The notes under the pieces are model-generated. The model did not search any database. It was not told the origin of the DNA and saw only the letters and a program-made list of their open reading frames with translations. A program made the translations under genes and the position numbers. DNA of 63,994 nt, counting the filler, from Basidioascus undulatus (lineage: Eukaryota), in the NCBI GenBank assembly GCA_000826855.1. It is 4 parts of 4 records of this genome, joined end to end, with 100 filler letters (N's around TTAATTAATTAA, not from the genome) between each part and the next. Parts side by side here need not be neighbours in the genome. Positions count along the whole stretch, not along the records: positions 48,461 to 63,994 come from JTLS01000640.1; 3 more parts are not named here. One strand, written 5' to 3'. Below are positions 62,394 to 63,994 of the stretch, in pieces. Every line of letters starts with the position of its first letter. Position 1 is the stretch's first letter.

Positions 62394-62465
62394 TCCTCGT
62401 TGGTGTAGTGGCTAACATCGGGTGTTCTCACCGCCCAGCCCCGGGTTCGATTCCCGGACGGGGAA
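62394..62465 (+). tRNA. tRNA-Glu (anticodon CTC), intronless
   Basis: Acceptor stem TCCTCGT/ACGGGGA; D-arm TGGTGTAGTGGCTAACATC; anticodon arm GGGTG-TTCTCAC-CGCCC; T-arm CCGGG-TTCGATT-CCCGG; a T4 run about 20 nt downstream. Confidence 0.96.
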
Positions 62466-62839
62466 CAACTTGCATACATTCTCCTTTTGGTGACCACTCC
62501 ATCAGCCACGCAAGCTAGGTAGAGGAATGCGACAATGTATCGCCTGGCCCCCTTTTGCTTTGGCTGTGTAAGCTTGGTATGTCAAGGTATGTGCAGCTAC
62601 AATCACGTCCCTTCCCTTTCACCTTGCACTTTGAGCCTTTTAGAATGGCGTTCTTCCACGAAACCATCCGTTCTGACTGTCCTGGCCGGGCCTCCCAGGA
62701 TGCTGCGCAAGCTCACAACTGAGCAGTAGACGCTGCATAGTTGCTCCCTGTTGTTCTACAAACGATCTTACGCATCCAACACCTCTCAGAGGCCCCCCAC
62801 TGTGCCTTAAAAGCAGTACCATAACGTCTTTTCGTTCTT

Positions 62840-62854
62840 TTAGGGTTAGGGTTA
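62840..62854 (+). repeat. Interstitial telomere-type repeat TTAGGGTTAGGGTTA
   Basis: Perfect 2.5 copies of TTAGGG, read directly from the sequence. Confidence 0.85.
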
Positions 62855-63445
62855 CAGACTGGAAGGAATCTAGCCACTGCCGCCCCGAAGGGCAACAGGG
62901 GACAATCCAAATATTTGGAGAGTAGACACGGCAGAACCGTGACCAACAACTCGCCCGCCCGTAGGCCTATGAGTCGCCGTGCAATGCGGGAAGGCTCATC
63001 GCGCCACCAAGGTTTCATGAGCCCCGGATGGCCCCTCAAGGTAAGTATGAGGGGCAAGGAAAGGAGCGAGGGAGGGATAAGAGTGTTCGAGGAGCGCACG
63101 GAACATGTGCGCGCGAGTCGGAGAGCACCGCAAGCTGTGCCGATTCTCTTCCTTGTGTCGAGCTTCAAGTTGCTACCAAAATGCAAGCGGGGAACAATCA
63201 AGTTTCCAGGAAGCACAAAACGGCCAGAATCTGGTAGGTCACAGCGGGGACTCCCTGCGGCAGCTGCGTCGAACGCCAACTAATCACGCACTTCGGATAG
63301 CGAGAGCAGGTCCGCCATCTGCGTGCAGGTCAGACTGAGGCTGTCGGCGAGGCCGCTGCTACGAAGGAATAAGCGCGCTTGGCCTCGTTTGCTCCCGTTC
63401 CATCCCCCGTTTATTTGACTTGAAATGCAATGATACCTGAATAAC

Positions 63446-63994
63446 TTATGTTGCCGCGTGCGGATGTGCGAAGTGGCGAAGCGTGAGCGCGACAAGATAC
63501 GCAATTGTGCTCAAGCTTCCTGCGCCACGCAACAGCAGCAATCCTCGTTCAGGGCGTACGTTTTCATCGTTTACGACGTCTGCAGATCTCAAGACACATT
63601 CACGAAGTCGGTCAATGCCTACATGCATTCCGAAAGCTCATACGACTCCCTGAAGAACGACGAGCTCCTCTTCACACAAAGCAAGCACGACCGTGCCCTG
63701 CCCATTCGCATCGAGGCCCCCAACGCCGACGACGGGTCCGCGGCCCTTCCCGCCGACCTGGACGAGCCCCTGCCTGCCCTGCTTGGCCTCGTGCGGCGTC
63801 TCGTAGTACACGTATGCGTTCCCGGCGCCGCCGCTGGTGCTGCCGCCCTCGAGCGCGAGCACGGCGTGCGGGACGTGGTACGTGAAGCGGAGGTCGCGCT
63901 TGGAAGCGAGGACAAAGGGGAGGGCGGGGAACGTCTTTGTGTGCTCGGGGTTCGGGGGCGGGGTGAAGAGCAGGCCGGAGAGGGAGGCGGGGTG
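63446..63994 (-). CDS. 3' part of a hypothetical protein with an RRM-like motif (runs off the window)
   Basis: GC-rich open frame with GNAYVYYETPHEAKQG (RNP1-like strand followed by a helix) and an intron-like gap near 63590-63645. Stop position is uncertain. Confidence 0.5.

Overview
Eukaryotic, intron-rich fungal genomic DNA, most likely a basidiomycete (GC-rich third codon positions, short introns with GTGCGT/GTGAGT/GTACGT donors, CTGAC/CTAAC branch points, some GC-AG introns). The window is four separate contigs of about 16 kb joined by artificial 100-nt N44-TTAATTAATTAA-N44 linkers (16077-16176, 32249-32348, 48361-48460), so adjacency across linkers is not biological. Genes identified by manually splicing exons and recognising motifs (no database search was run): Git3/Gpr1-type GPCR, TMEM128-like membrane protein, GFA/Mss4-like Zn protein, secreted tyrosinase, XPF/RAD1 endonuclease, 5' part of a DHX57/Ucp12-like helicase, phosphoketolase, 3' part of ESS2/DGCR14, an R3HCC1-like RRM protein, NIPSNAP, ISWI ATPase, a CCCH zinc-finger protein, tRNA-Glu(CTC), three decayed F-box genes and several hypothetical genes. 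The strongest finding is a gene I cannot assign to a named family (25000-30181, minus strand) encoding seven dsRBD-like domains. Six of them are tandem and each is split by a phase-1 intron at the same position, and the gene lies head-to-head with the helicase. Other leads: an isolated telomere-repeat element downstream of an RRM-like gene (speculative telomerase-RNA template), a zinc finger assembled from micro-exons, overlapping convergent CDSs, and a long, apparently structured NIPSNAP intron. Exon boundaries are manual predictions.
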